From Planctomycetota bacterium (GTDB lineage Bacteria; Planctomycetota; UBA1135; UBA2386): a stretch of DNA of 64,000 nt. The DNA lies in the NCBI GenBank assembly GCA_965228735.1, contig OZ245838.1, positions 1,344,001 to 1,408,000 on the forward strand, in the 5' to 3' direction. Shown one piece after another: positions 9,397-19,298 of the stretch. Within the stretch, counting starts at the first letter, position 1. The number at the start of each line of letters is the position of its first letter. The notes beneath the pieces were generated by a model, which ran no database searches, was not told where the DNA came from, and saw only the letters and a list, made by a program, of their open reading frames with translations. Both the position numbers and the translations under genes were made by a program.

Positions 9397-11742
9397 ATGG
9401 ACATGCCCGAGAGGATCGGTCACTACAGCATCCGAGGCCGTCTCGGCGACGGCGCGATGGGCGTCGTGTTCGAGGCGCGGCAGGAGAATCCGAGCCGCGA
9501 CGTGGCGCTCAAGGTCCTGCGGGGCGGGGCGTTCGTCGACGACGCCCGGCTGAAGATGTTCCAGCGCGAGGCCGAGACGCTCGCTCGGCTCCGACACCCG
9601 TGCATCGCTGCCATCTACGAGTCGGGGCACACCGACGACGGGCAGCACTTCTTCGCGATGGAACGCGTCCACGGCGAGCAGCTCGACGACTACCTGCAGC
9701 GGCGCCCGCAGCGTCCCGACAACGACGAGCTCCGGTTCCGCCTGGGCCTGTTTCGCAAGATCGTGGACGCCGTGCACTACGCGCACATGCGTGGCGTCAT
9801 CCATCGCGATCTCAAACCGTCCAACATCATGGTCGGCGATGGCGTCGACCAGCAGGGCCTGCCGGAGATCAAGGTGCTCGACTTCGGTCTGGCCCGGATC
9901 ACCGAGACCGACATGCCAGCAGCGACGGTCACGACCGAGGTCGGCGTGATCAAGGGGACGCTGCCCTACATGTCGCCCGAACAGACGCGGGGCAACCCGG
10001 ACGAGATCGATGTTCGCACCGACGTCTACGCGTTGGGCGTGATCCTCTACGAACTGCTGACCGGGCAGCGCCCCTACGAGGTGAGCAGTGGCGACATCCT
10101 CGACGCGATGCGGGTGATCTGCGACGCCCCGCCGGCGCCGGTTTCCCGGCACTGGACCGGCGTGCGCCGGCTGGATGCCGACATCGAGACCATCGTCGCC
10201 GAGGCGCTCGAGAAGGATCCCGAGCGCCGCTACGGCAGCGCCCAGGCGCTCGCCGACGACGTCGGCCGCTTCCTCAACAACGAGGCGATCAACGCCCGCC
10301 CGGCGACCGCGATCTACCAGCTCAAGAAGCTGGTCTCGCGCCACAAGGTGCCGTTCGCGTTCGTGGTGCTGTTGTTCGTGACGGTGAGCGCATTCGGCGT
10401 CTGGATGAGCGTGCTGTACGCCCGGGCCGAGGGGCTCCGCGTGGAGACCGAGGCAGCTCGCAGCTCGCTGCAGACGACCACGCAGTTCCAGCAGTCCATG
10501 CTCAGTGACATCGACGCGGAGGAGATGGGGCGCGGGATCCTCGCGGCAGAACGGGCGAGCATTCGCGAGGCCATGGCACGCGAGGGCCGCCCCCCGGACG
10601 AGATCGCACCGGCGCTGGCGTCGTTCGACGAGCTCGTGACCGGCGTCAACGCCACCGACCTGGCTCTCCAGGTCGTCGAGGACCACGTGCTCGCCCGCGC
10701 CGTCGAGACGCTCGAGCGGGACTTCGCCGACGAGCCGGTCACCCGCGCCGCGCTGCAGTACACGATCGCGATCACCTACAAGGGCCTCGGCATGTACGAA
10801 CTCGCCGTGCCCTTGCAGCAGGCCGCCCTCGCGACGCAACGCGAGGCGCTCGGCGCGGACCACGCAGCGACGCTGTCCTCGTTGAACAACATGGGCAGCC
10901 TGCTCCGACGCCAGGGCAAGCTGGAGCAGGCCATGCCCTACTACGCCGACTCGCTGGCCCGCAAGCGGCGCACCCTGGGCAACGACCATCGGGAGACCCT
11001 GCTCTCGATCAACAACATGGCGCTTCTGCTCGACTTGATGGGCCGCCCCGACGACGCCGAGCGCTACTACCGCGAGGCGCTCGCGGGCAACCGCCGGGCC
11101 CTGGGCAACGACGACCCGGAGACGATCAACACCATCAACAACCTGTGCGTGTTGCATCAACGTCATGGCCAGTCCGAGAAGGCGCTCCCCTACGCCCGCG
11201 AGGCGGTGGCGGGCCTCCGCCGCGTCGTGGGCGACGACGACCCCAGGACGCTGACCGCGATGGGCAACCTGGGGCCCATCCTGTTCACATTGGGCAAGAC
11301 GGCGGAGGCCGAGCCCTACCACCGGGACTCCCTTGCGGCCAGCCGCCGCATCCAGGGCGACAACCACCCGGAGACCATGAGGCTGCTCCACAACATGGGG
11401 CGCCTGCTCAACGCCCTCGGCGAGCACGACGAAGCCGCGAGGATCCTCGCGGACGGCGAAGCGACAGCGCGACGCACGTGGACCGGCACCCTCGCAAAGT
11501 GGCTCGGCAGCTATCTCCACCACCTCGGCGCGGCGAGGCTCGGCCTCGGCAGGCTCGCCGAGTCCGAGGCGACCCTGCTCGAAGCCCACGCCCTGCTGGT
11601 CGCGGGCTTTGGCGACGAACACCCGCGCACGCAGTTGACGGTCGAGCAGTTGAGCCAGCTGTACGACACCTGGCATCGCGCCGAACCGGGCAAGGGCTAC
11701 GACGCGACAGCCACCGAATGGCGGGCGAAGTTGGTCAGGTAG
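9397..11742 (+). CDS. Ser/Thr protein kinase, one TM helix, TPR repeats
   Basis: LGDGAMGVV, VALK, IHRDLKPSN, DFGLA, GTLPYMSPEQ, DVYALG; TPRs of LGNDHRETLLSINNMA type; GGAGG before 9397. Confidence 0.95.
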   Translation: MDMPERIGHYSIRGRLGDGAMGVVFEARQENPSRDVALKVLRGGAFVDDARLKMFQREAETLARLRHPCIAAIYESGHTDDGQHFFAMERVHGEQLDDYLQRRPQRPDNDELRFRLGLFRKIVDAVHYAHMRGVIHRDLKPSNIMVGDGVDQQGLPEIKVLDFGLARITETDMPAATVTTEVGVIKGTLPYMSPEQTRGNPDEIDVRTDVYALGVILYELLTGQRPYEVSSGDILDAMRVICDAPPAPVSRHWTGVRRLDADIETIVAEALEKDPERRYGSAQALADDVGRFLNNEAINARPATAIYQLKKLVSRHKVPFAFVVLLFVTVSAFGVWMSVLYARAEGLRVETEAARSSLQTTTQFQQSMLSDIDAEEMGRGILAAERASIREAMAREGRPPDEIAPALASFDELVTGVNATDLALQVVEDHVLARAVETLERDFADEPVTRAALQYTIAITYKGLGMYELAVPLQQAALATQREALGADHAATLSSLNNMGSLLRRQGKLEQAMPYYADSLARKRRTLGNDHRETLLSINNMALLLDLMGRPDDAERYYREALAGNRRALGNDDPETINTINNLCVLHQRHGQSEKALPYAREAVAGLRRVVGDDDPRTLTAMGNLGPILFTLGKTAEAEPYHRDSLAASRRIQGDNHPETMRLLHNMGRLLNALGEHDEAARILADGEATARRTWTGTLAKWLGSYLHHLGAARLGLGRLAESEATLLEAHALLVAGFGDEHPRTQLTVEQLSQLYDTWHRAEPGKGYDATATEWRAKLVR

Positions 11743-11979
11743 GGGGCAGGGCCGCGCAACGGGGGGCGCGCAACCGGGGTCCGCGCCCCGCGGACAGCCG
11801 CTTCCGCTTCGGCAACCAACGCCTGCAGAGTGACGTTGGCACTGTCGGTGAATCGTTCCGGGCTCGATCGCGAGCGGTTCGACGTGCTGCCATCCGGGAC
11901 CACGCCGCGGTCGACCGCCGCGGCGTCGGATACTTGGGGAGGCACATTCGGGACACCGATCCGCTGCCGCAACGCACGG

Positions 11980-11995
11980 TGGCACTCCTGGTGCA
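11980..11995 (+). promoter_or_regulatory. Candidate sigma54 -24/-12 promoter
   Basis: TGGCAC-TCCTG-GTGCA (GG-N10-GC), 90 bp upstream of the Kelch gene. Confidence 0.4.
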
Positions 11996-12084
11996 CGCTG
12001 AACTGGTAGTCTCTCGTCGGAGAACCCGACCAGAGGGCGGAGCCTGGCATGACAGAGCGAGGCCCTGCAGTCGACTACGAAGCC

Positions 12085-13440
12085 ATGCATCCATCGCTCA
12101 TCAACGCCTGCGTCATTGTCGCAATCACCGCCCCGGTCGCCTCACAAGCAACGTGGACGCAGCTCTATCCCAGTTCCTCGCCAGGGCCGCGATCGGGCGC
12201 CATGATGGCGTGCCACGAGGCCTCGAACACGATGCTCATGCTCTTTGGCAGCGGGCAATCGGACGCCTGGCAGTTCGCCGGGAACGCTTGGCTCCAGCTG
12301 ACCGGTCCGCTGCCGCCGCAGCGCGGCAGCGCCAAACTGGTATACGACTCCGCTCGGGAACGACTCGTGCTGTTCGGGGGTCGCAGCCAAGGCAACGCAT
12401 TCGATGATACCTGGGTTTGGGATGGGACGAGCTGGAGCGGGCCGCTGCTGGCGGTTCATCCGGCCGCCCGCTGGGGCCACGCCATGGCGTTCGATCGCGA
12501 CCGTGAAGTCGTGGTTCTCTACGGCGGCTTCGTGTCCACCAGCAGCTACCGCGAGGATCTCTGGGAATGGGATGGCGTGGCCTGGCAGCTGATCGCGACA
12601 ACCAACGCTCCCGGCGGCCGCTTCGACAGCAAGATGGCGTTCGACCCGAACAGTCGGAACGTGCTGCTCCATGGCGGCAGCGTGGTTGTCCAAGGTAGCG
12701 AGATTCCGGTGAACGACACGTGGACCTGGGACGGTGCGGCCTGGCAGCAGCATCAGCCAGTAACGCCTCCCACGATTCGTTTCGGTGGCGACATGGTCTG
12801 CGACCTGGACCGACGTCGGGTCTTGTTGTTCGGTGGTTCGACAGGCAACCACTTCGCGTGGGAGTGGGACGGATCTGAGTGGAGCATCGTCTTGCAGGCA
12901 TCGCCGAGCGAGCGCAGCGGGCACGCGATGGCCTACGACAGCGCGAACCGCCGGACGGTGCTCCATGGGGGCAATTGGCTGGGCAGTTCGAGCTGGACTC
13001 TCAGCGACACTTGGGTGTTCGAATCGGCGCATCCGGCGACCGTCACCCCATACGGTTCCGGTTGCGCGGGCGTTGCCGGAGCACCGGACCTGGCGGCCGA
13101 TGCCTACGCGCTACCCTGGCTCGGCGACACAGCTCGCAACCGCGTCACGAACCTGGACCCGGCCGGCAGCGCCGTCTTCTTCGCGACCGGGCTCGATCCG
13201 TCAGCCCCGGTTTCGCTGGCGCCGTTCGGGATGCCGGGTTGCGACCAACTCGTGACCCCTGCGGCCGTCGAGCTGGCCGCCGCCAGCAACGGCGAAGCGA
13301 CATGGTCCCTGATGATCCCAACGTCGACGTCCTTCGCTGGCGTACAGTTGTTCCAGCAGGTGGCGGCGCTCGATCCCGCTGCCAACGCCGCCGGGCTGAC
13401 GGTCAGCAACGGCGTCGAGATGACGATCGGGATTCGCTGA
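12085..13440 (+). CDS. Secreted Kelch-repeat propeller with shared C-terminal domain
   Basis: Signal peptide ending PVAS-Q; repeats YD..R..VLFGG..DTW.WDG..W; YGSGC...PGC...QQVAALDP..SN. Confidence 0.9.
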   Translation: MHPSLINACVIVAITAPVASQATWTQLYPSSSPGPRSGAMMACHEASNTMLMLFGSGQSDAWQFAGNAWLQLTGPLPPQRGSAKLVYDSARERLVLFGGRSQGNAFDDTWVWDGTSWSGPLLAVHPAARWGHAMAFDRDREVVVLYGGFVSTSSYREDLWEWDGVAWQLIATTNAPGGRFDSKMAFDPNSRNVLLHGGSVVVQGSEIPVNDTWTWDGAAWQQHQPVTPPTIRFGGDMVCDLDRRRVLLFGGSTGNHFAWEWDGSEWSIVLQASPSERSGHAMAYDSANRRTVLHGGNWLGSSSWTLSDTWVFESAHPATVTPYGSGCAGVAGAPDLAADAYALPWLGDTARNRVTNLDPAGSAVFFATGLDPSAPVSLAPFGMPGCDQLVTPAAVELAAASNGEATWSLMIPTSTSFAGVQLFQQVAALDPAANAAGLTVSNGVEMTIGIR

Positions 13441-13590
13441 TCGCGACTGGCGGCATTTCGACTGCGGCCGTGGTCAGGACACGGTCACCGGCCGCGGCCC
13501 GAAGGGCAGCAGCGGCACGCCCCCGGCACCCGACCACGCGGGGGAGCCGATACCCATTCGCGTTCTGCGCGCCCGCCACGTATCACCGCA

Positions 13591-15618
13591 GTGCTGAAGC
13601 CTGCCCGTTCCCCACTCTTCGTTACGAACGCCCTGCGGTTCACCGGCCCGTTGGCGATCACTGCCGCGTTCGCCGCCACTCTTTCCGCCCAAACCGATTG
13701 GCCCCGAACCGATTGGCCCCAGTATCGGGGCGTCCACGGCGACGGGGTGGCCGCACCGCAGCAGATCCTGCAGGCCTGGGGCCCCGAAGGCCCGCCCGAG
13801 CTCTGGCGGCGGGAGTTCGGCACGGGATTCTCCACCGTGGCGTCGGTCGGCGACCGGCTCTACACGATGGGCGCACCGGCCGAACTCGAGGAAGCGTTCT
13901 GCCTCGACGCACGAACGGGCGAGACCATCTGGCGCGTTCCGCTCGGACCGCGCTTTGCCGATCAGTTCGGCGACGGTCCGCGCGCGACCCCCACCGTCGA
14001 CGGCGACACGGTCTTTGCGGTGTCGTCGACCATGCAACTCGCCGCGATCACCGCGACGGACGGCGAAGTCCGATGGCAGAAGGACCTGCTGACGGAGTTC
14101 GCCCTCGAGCAGCCGCGCTTCGGATTCTCGGCCTCGGTGGTCGTGGTCGGGGACCGGGCCGTGCTCGAGGTCGGCGCCGGCGAGGGCAAGGCCGTCATCG
14201 CGTTCGCGCGCGCGACCGGCGACATCGTGTGGACCGCGCTCGACGGCAAGCCGAGCAAGTCGACCCCGCTGCTGGCGGAGCTCGACGGCGTGCCACAGCT
14301 GATCTTCAACCGCCCGTCGGAGATGGCAGCGCTGTCGCTCGACGGCGAGGTGCTGTGGACGCACGAGGCGGGGCGGGACACCATCGCGATGGCCCACATC
14401 GTGCCACCCGACGTCGTTCTCACGTCGTCGGCCTACATGGGCAAGGGCACCGAAGCGGTACGAGTGAGCCGCACGGGCGAGGAATTCACGACCGAGCGCG
14501 CCTGGGTGAACCGGCGCTTTCGCAACCACTTCAACAACTCGGTCCTCGTCGGCGGTCACCTGTACGGGTTCGACAACTCGACGCTCCGCTGCCTCGATGC
14601 CGTGACCGGCGAGCTCGCGTGGTCGAAGCGAGGTTTCGGCAAGGGCTCGCTGATCGCGTGCAGCGACCTGTTGTTCGTGCTCGGCGATCAGGGCGTCCTG
14701 GCGCTCGTTGCCGCCGATCCCGAGCGCTTCCGCGAGCTCGGGCGCGTGCAGGCAATGCAGGACGGTGCCGGACGCTGCTGGACCTCACCGACCCTCGCCT
14801 CGGGGCGGCTGTTCGTTCGCAACCTCGAGGAGATCGTGGCCTACGACGTGCGCGCGGCGGCGACGACGGTGACGCCGACGCCGCCAACCGCGATCGCGAT
14901 GCCGGACGGCGACACCACGAAGCCGACGTCGGCAGCGAACGCCGAGTTGCAGCTGCCCGAGATTCTCCGACGCTACGCCGAGGCTCGTGGCGGCCTCGAC
15001 CGGTGGCGCGAGGTCCGCACCCTCGAGATGCAGGGCACGTTCCGGGCCTTCAGCGAGAGCGGCCCGTTCACGCTGCAGCGCCGCCGCGAGGACCTGTACC
15101 GGTTCGAGTACGCCATGGGCGACAACATGGACGCCCGTGGTCGCGACCGTGAGGGCCTGTGGTGGCGCTACCACCTGTTCCAGGTCACGGAGCCCGCCAG
15201 GGTCGAGGCCGCCCCCTACCATCGCCAGATGAAGCGCGAGTCGATGTTCGAACCCGCACTGCTCGGCGCCGCGGAGAAGGGGATCCAGGTCAAACGCGTC
15301 GGCCGCGGCAACGTCGACGGTCAACCGACGATCGAACTCGAGCTGACGTTTCCCGACGAGTCGAAGGAAACGTGGCACCTGCACCCCGAGACGTTCCTCG
15401 CGGTCGCGATCGATTCGACGGTCGTCGACATGACCCAGACTCGCGAGCCGATGTCGATGCGAACGTTCTGCTCCGACTTCCGCACCGTCGACGGCCTCGT
15501 GCTGCCGTTCCGGACCGCGATGGAGTTCGGGGCCCGACTCGAGGAGATCGAGGTCGATCGCGTGACCGTGAATCCGGAGCTCGATGCGGCGGCGTTCGAC
15601 ATGGCGCGCAAGAAGTAG
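13591..15618 (+). CDS. PQQ-like (BamB-type) beta-propeller fused to a LolA-like C-terminal domain
   Basis: DWPQYRG, GPRATP, CLDA.TGE..W, CWTSPTLASGRLFVRN; second domain EILRRYAEARGG...FCSDFRTVDGLVLPF. Confidence 0.85.
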   Translation: MLKPARSPLFVTNALRFTGPLAITAAFAATLSAQTDWPRTDWPQYRGVHGDGVAAPQQILQAWGPEGPPELWRREFGTGFSTVASVGDRLYTMGAPAELEEAFCLDARTGETIWRVPLGPRFADQFGDGPRATPTVDGDTVFAVSSTMQLAAITATDGEVRWQKDLLTEFALEQPRFGFSASVVVVGDRAVLEVGAGEGKAVIAFARATGDIVWTALDGKPSKSTPLLAELDGVPQLIFNRPSEMAALSLDGEVLWTHEAGRDTIAMAHIVPPDVVLTSSAYMGKGTEAVRVSRTGEEFTTERAWVNRRFRNHFNNSVLVGGHLYGFDNSTLRCLDAVTGELAWSKRGFGKGSLIACSDLLFVLGDQGVLALVAADPERFRELGRVQAMQDGAGRCWTSPTLASGRLFVRNLEEIVAYDVRAAATTVTPTPPTAIAMPDGDTTKPTSAANAELQLPEILRRYAEARGGLDRWREVRTLEMQGTFRAFSESGPFTLQRRREDLYRFEYAMGDNMDARGRDREGLWWRYHLFQVTEPARVEAAPYHRQMKRESMFEPALLGAAEKGIQVKRVGRGNVDGQPTIELELTFPDESKETWHLHPETFLAVAIDSTVVDMTQTREPMSMRTFCSDFRTVDGLVLPFRTAMEFGARLEEIEVDRVTVNPELDAAAFDMARKK

Positions 15619-15711
15619 GCGAACGCGCGGCGCCGCGCGGTGCCACCCTGGGCCCCACGACGACGGAAGCGGCTTGCTGCCGTGGCCGCCAACCGGCACC
15701 GTGTCCGGGCG

Positions 15712-16059
15712 ATGAAGACACCGGCAACCTCGATCGTGCTGTTCGTGCTCGCGGCCCTGTTCGGCGCCGTCGGCCAGTACCTCTACAAGAGCGGCGCCGA
15801 CAAGGCGACGGGATCGGTGGCCTCGTACCTGCTCAACCCCCGCCTGCTCGGCGGCGTGGTCTGCTACGTCGCCGTGATGGTGCTGTTCGTCGCGGCGTTC
15901 AAGCGCGGCGGCTCGCTGAGCGTGCTGTATCCGGTCTACGCCAGCACGTTCATCTTCGCGGCGATCCTGGCGTGGTTCGCCTACGGGGAGCCGATCAAGC
16001 TGGTCAACGTCGTCGGGATGGCTACTCTCGTTCTCGGGATGTACCTGATGGGCCGCTGA
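15712..16059 (+). CDS. Small 4-TM EamA/SMR-like (ArnE/F-like) transporter
   Basis: GQYLYK, GSLSVLYP, YGEPI..VGM; four hydrophobic segments. Confidence 0.8.
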   Translation: MKTPATSIVLFVLAALFGAVGQYLYKSGADKATGSVASYLLNPRLLGGVVCYVAVMVLFVAAFKRGGSLSVLYPVYASTFIFAAILAWFAYGEPIKLVNVVGMATLVLGMYLMGR

Positions 16060-16072
16060 GCCGAGAGCCACT

Positions 16073-16750
16073 GTGGGTGAGCGCCGACCGATCGCGACAC
16101 GAGAGCTGAAGATCAGCAAGCGGCTGGCCGCGAGCCTGGCGGCGGCCGGCTGCACGCCGAACGGCATCTCGGTGGCCGGCATGATCGCGGGCGTGCTCGC
16201 CGGAGCGGCGTTCTGGGCGACCGATGCCTCCTCCGGCGCTGCGTCGTCCGGCGCTGACTGGTCCGATTGGGGGCGGCTGTGGTTCGTCCTCGGGGCCGTG
16301 CTCGTGCAACTGCGGCTGCTGGCGAACATGCTCGACGGCATGGTCGCGGTGGAGAACGACCTCACCTCGCCGGTGGGCGAGCTCTACAACGAGGTCCCGG
16401 ACCGCGTCGCGGACGTCGCGATCCTCGTCGGCTTCGGCCACGCCGCGGGCGGCTGGCCGGTGATGGGCTACCTCGCAGCGATCGCGGCGATGATGACGGC
16501 CTACGTGCGCGCGCAGATCGTCGTCGCCGGCGGCCCGCAGGACTTCTGCGGGCCGATGGCCAAGCCTCAGCGCATGTTCGCAGTGACCGTCGCGGCGCTC
16601 TGGTGTGGGCTGTTGCCGACGTCCTGGCAACCCGCCATCGCGGGCCTCGCCCTGCCGGCGCTGATGCTCACCCTGGTCGCCGCTGGCGCGGCCGTGACCG
16701 CCGGACGGCGGCTCGTCCGCGGCGCCCGCGTTCTGAGGAACACGCGATGA
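16073..16750 (+). CDS. CDP-alcohol phosphatidyltransferase family protein
   Basis: TPNGIS; NMLDGMVA..SPVGELYNEVPDRVAD signature; GPMAKPQR. Confidence 0.92.
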   Translation: MGERRPIATRELKISKRLAASLAAAGCTPNGISVAGMIAGVLAGAAFWATDASSGAASSGADWSDWGRLWFVLGAVLVQLRLLANMLDGMVAVENDLTSPVGELYNEVPDRVADVAILVGFGHAAGGWPVMGYLAAIAAMMTAYVRAQIVVAGGPQDFCGPMAKPQRMFAVTVAALWCGLLPTSWQPAIAGLALPALMLTLVAAGAAVTAGRRLVRGARVLRNTR

Positions 16751-17736
16751 ACGAGCGCCTGTTCGGGTGGAGCCATGCCTTCGACCACCCGGTCACGGTC
16801 TGGATCACCGGCGTGATCACCGGCCTGCTGCTGCTCGCGCCGGTGCTCATCCGCATCGCCTCCGGTCGCGCGTCGATGACGCCCGAGGCGCGGCGGGAAC
16901 TCTGGAGCCGCTACCGCTCGTGGCTGGTGCTCGCACCGCTCATGGTCGCGCCGATCCTGCTCGGCGCGTTCTGGACGATGTTCGTCGCCGCCCTGCTCGC
17001 GTTGCTGTGCTACCGGGAGTTCGCGCGCATGACCGGAGCGTTTCGCGACCGACTGGTCAGCCTGGTCGTCGTGCTCGGCATCCTGCTGGTGTTCTTCGCC
17101 ACGCTCGATCACTGGTACGGCCTGTTCGTCGCGGCCTTTCCGTTGGCCGTCGTCGCGATCTGCATCGCCGGCCTGCTGACCGATGCGCCGAAGGGCTACC
17201 TGCAGCGGGTCGCCCTCGGTGTCCTCGCGTTCATGATGTGCGGCGCCGGCTTCGGCCACTTCGCCTACTTCGCCAACGACCCCGACTACCGCCCGGTGAT
17301 GCTCATGCTCGTCGTCGGCATCCAGCTCAACGACGTCTTCGCGTTCTGCGCCGGCAAGCTGTTCGGCCGCACGAAGTTCGTGCCCAACACCAGCCCGAAC
17401 AAGACGCTCGGCGGCGCCGTCGGTGCGGCGCTGCTGACGATGCCGATGGTCGCCGGCATCGCGCACTTCACGTTCCGTGGCACGGGGGTCGACGAGCTCC
17501 ACCTGCTCCTGCTCCTCGGCCTGATCGTCAGCGTCCTCGGCCAGCTCGGCGACCTGATGCTGTCGGCGATCAAACGCGACGTCGGCATCAAGGACACCGG
17601 CTCACTGATCCCGGGCCACGGCGGCCTGCTCGACCGCTTCGACAGCACGTTGCTCGTCGCCCCGGCCGCGTTTCACTACGTCGGCTACCACGTCGGCATC
17701 GGGCTCGACGAGCCGGTGCGCATCCTCACGGGATGA
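16747..17736 (+). CDS. Phosphatidate cytidylyltransferase (CdsA/YnbB family)
   Basis: NDVFAF..GKLFG, SPNKTLGG, GDLMLSAIKRDVGIKD..IPGHGGLLDRFDS; ATGA overlap. Confidence 0.95.
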   Translation: MNERLFGWSHAFDHPVTVWITGVITGLLLLAPVLIRIASGRASMTPEARRELWSRYRSWLVLAPLMVAPILLGAFWTMFVAALLALLCYREFARMTGAFRDRLVSLVVVLGILLVFFATLDHWYGLFVAAFPLAVVAICIAGLLTDAPKGYLQRVALGVLAFMMCGAGFGHFAYFANDPDYRPVMLMLVVGIQLNDVFAFCAGKLFGRTKFVPNTSPNKTLGGAVGAALLTMPMVAGIAHFTFRGTGVDELHLLLLLGLIVSVLGQLGDLMLSAIKRDVGIKDTGSLIPGHGGLLDRFDSTLLVAPAAFHYVGYHVGIGLDEPVRILTG

Positions 17737-18491
17737 GCGAGGACCAGGAACGCAACGACTGGAAACTGAAGCCGGCGGCCGATCTCGGCATGGCGGCCGG
17801 CGAGCGTGTGCGCAGCCTGCGCCGCGAGCGCGGACTGATCGATACCGCGATGGGCTTCGCCTGGTGGGGCGCGATGCGGTCCTACCTGCGGCTCTACCAT
17901 CGGCTGCGCATCGTCGGCGCCGAGCACCTGCCGACGAGGCCGCCGTTCGTGCTCGTCGCCAATCACTCGAGCCACCTCGACGCGATGACGCTCGCGAGCG
18001 TTCTGACCCGCCGCGTGCGGCACTGCGTCTACCCGATCGCCGCCGGCGACCACTTCTTCGAATCGCCCGCGCTCGCGACGTTCGCCGCGTTCGTGCTGAA
18101 CGCGCTGCCGATGTGGCGGCGCAGCGCCGGTCGCTACGCGCTGCAGCAGCTGCGCGAACGGCTGGTCACCGAACCGTGCGGCTACGTGCTCTTCCCCGAA
18201 GGAACGCGGAGCCGGTCCGGCGAGATCGGGCGGTTCAAGCCGGGCATCGGCATGCTGCTCGCGGGTGTGCAGGTGCCACTCACGCCGTGCTACCTGCACG
18301 GCGCCTTTGATGCGTTGCCGCACGACCGCCGGTTGCCGCGCCCGCGCCGCCTCGAGCTGCGGGTCGGAGCACCGCTCTCGTTCGAAAGCGTGGCCAACGA
18401 TCGTGAAGGTTGGAGCGCGGTCGCCCGCGCCGCCGAGGACGCGGTCCGAGAACTCGCGAGCCCGGTTGGTCGCAACAACGTCGCGCGCTGA
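17733..18491 (+). CDS. Lysophospholipid (PlsC-like) acyltransferase
   Basis: ANHSSHLD (HX4D), LFPEGTRS, FKPG; ATGA overlap. Confidence 0.93.
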   Translation: MSEDQERNDWKLKPAADLGMAAGERVRSLRRERGLIDTAMGFAWWGAMRSYLRLYHRLRIVGAEHLPTRPPFVLVANHSSHLDAMTLASVLTRRVRHCVYPIAAGDHFFESPALATFAAFVLNALPMWRRSAGRYALQQLRERLVTEPCGYVLFPEGTRSRSGEIGRFKPGIGMLLAGVQVPLTPCYLHGAFDALPHDRRLPRPRRLELRVGAPLSFESVANDREGWSAVARAAEDAVRELASPVGRNNVAR

Positions 18492-18533
18492 TCGCCCCCC
18501 CACATGCCCGCGCGATAGGATCACGGCGACCTG

Positions 18534-19247
18534 ATGAGCACCCGAGCGACAGCGACAGCGACATCGAACCGAGCGCGCGCTCACGGCGGCACCCCGGCCG
18601 AGCCGAGCCGGCCGCGACGATCGCTCCTCCGCCACCTGCCGGCCGCGGGCGTCCTCGTCGCTCTCGCCACCTTCGCGGCGGCGGCAGCGCGCTACCCCGG
18701 GGGCACCCACCTCGCACGGGACACCGTCGGGTTTCGGCTGGCCGAGAACTTCGTCTGCTCGCTGTTCGCGCCGCAGGCGCTGAATGGCGCCACGAACGAA
18801 GCCCGGCCGCTGGCGATCGTCGCGCTGCTCATCGTCTGCGTGAGCCTGGGCGTCACGTTCTTCCTCATCTCACGCAGCACCGCGTCCCGCGCCCACAGGA
18901 AGACGATCGAGATCGCGGGCATCGCCACGGCGGTCTACACGGGCTTCGTCGCGACACCGATGCACGACCTCGTGGTCAGCATCGGGCTCGCTTTCGCCGT
19001 CGCCGCGTTCCTCGCGATCACCCACCTGATGCGGCGTGAGGGCCGCGCCCTGCTGATGTGGTTCGGCATCGCCGTGCTCGCGCTGAAGGCGATGAGCGCG
19101 GTGAGCTACTACGGAAACGTGTGCTACGACTGGCTGCCCATGCTGCAGAAGGTCGGCATCGCAGCAGGCCTGCTGTGGCTGTTCGGCGTCTACTACCGCG
19201 ACGCGCGCCGATCCGGCGGACCGCCTTCGACCGACTCGACACTCTGA
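18534..19247 (+). CDS. Polytopic membrane protein (DUF998-like)
   Basis: YPGG..F..NF, TPMHD, about six TM segments. Confidence 0.65.
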   Translation: MSTRATATATSNRARAHGGTPAEPSRPRRSLLRHLPAAGVLVALATFAAAAARYPGGTHLARDTVGFRLAENFVCSLFAPQALNGATNEARPLAIVALLIVCVSLGVTFFLISRSTASRAHRKTIEIAGIATAVYTGFVATPMHDLVVSIGLAFAVAAFLAITHLMRREGRALLMWFGIAVLALKAMSAVSYYGNVCYDWLPMLQKVGIAAGLLWLFGVYYRDARRSGGPPSTDSTL

Positions 19248-19298
19248 AGTCGCCGGGTCGGAACGGCATCGCCAACGGGAACCCCGTTCGTTTCGCGT

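Noticed and set aside
11697..12094. Small minus-strand ORFs between the kinase and Kelch genes
   Set aside because: No motifs, atypical composition, overlap with neighbours
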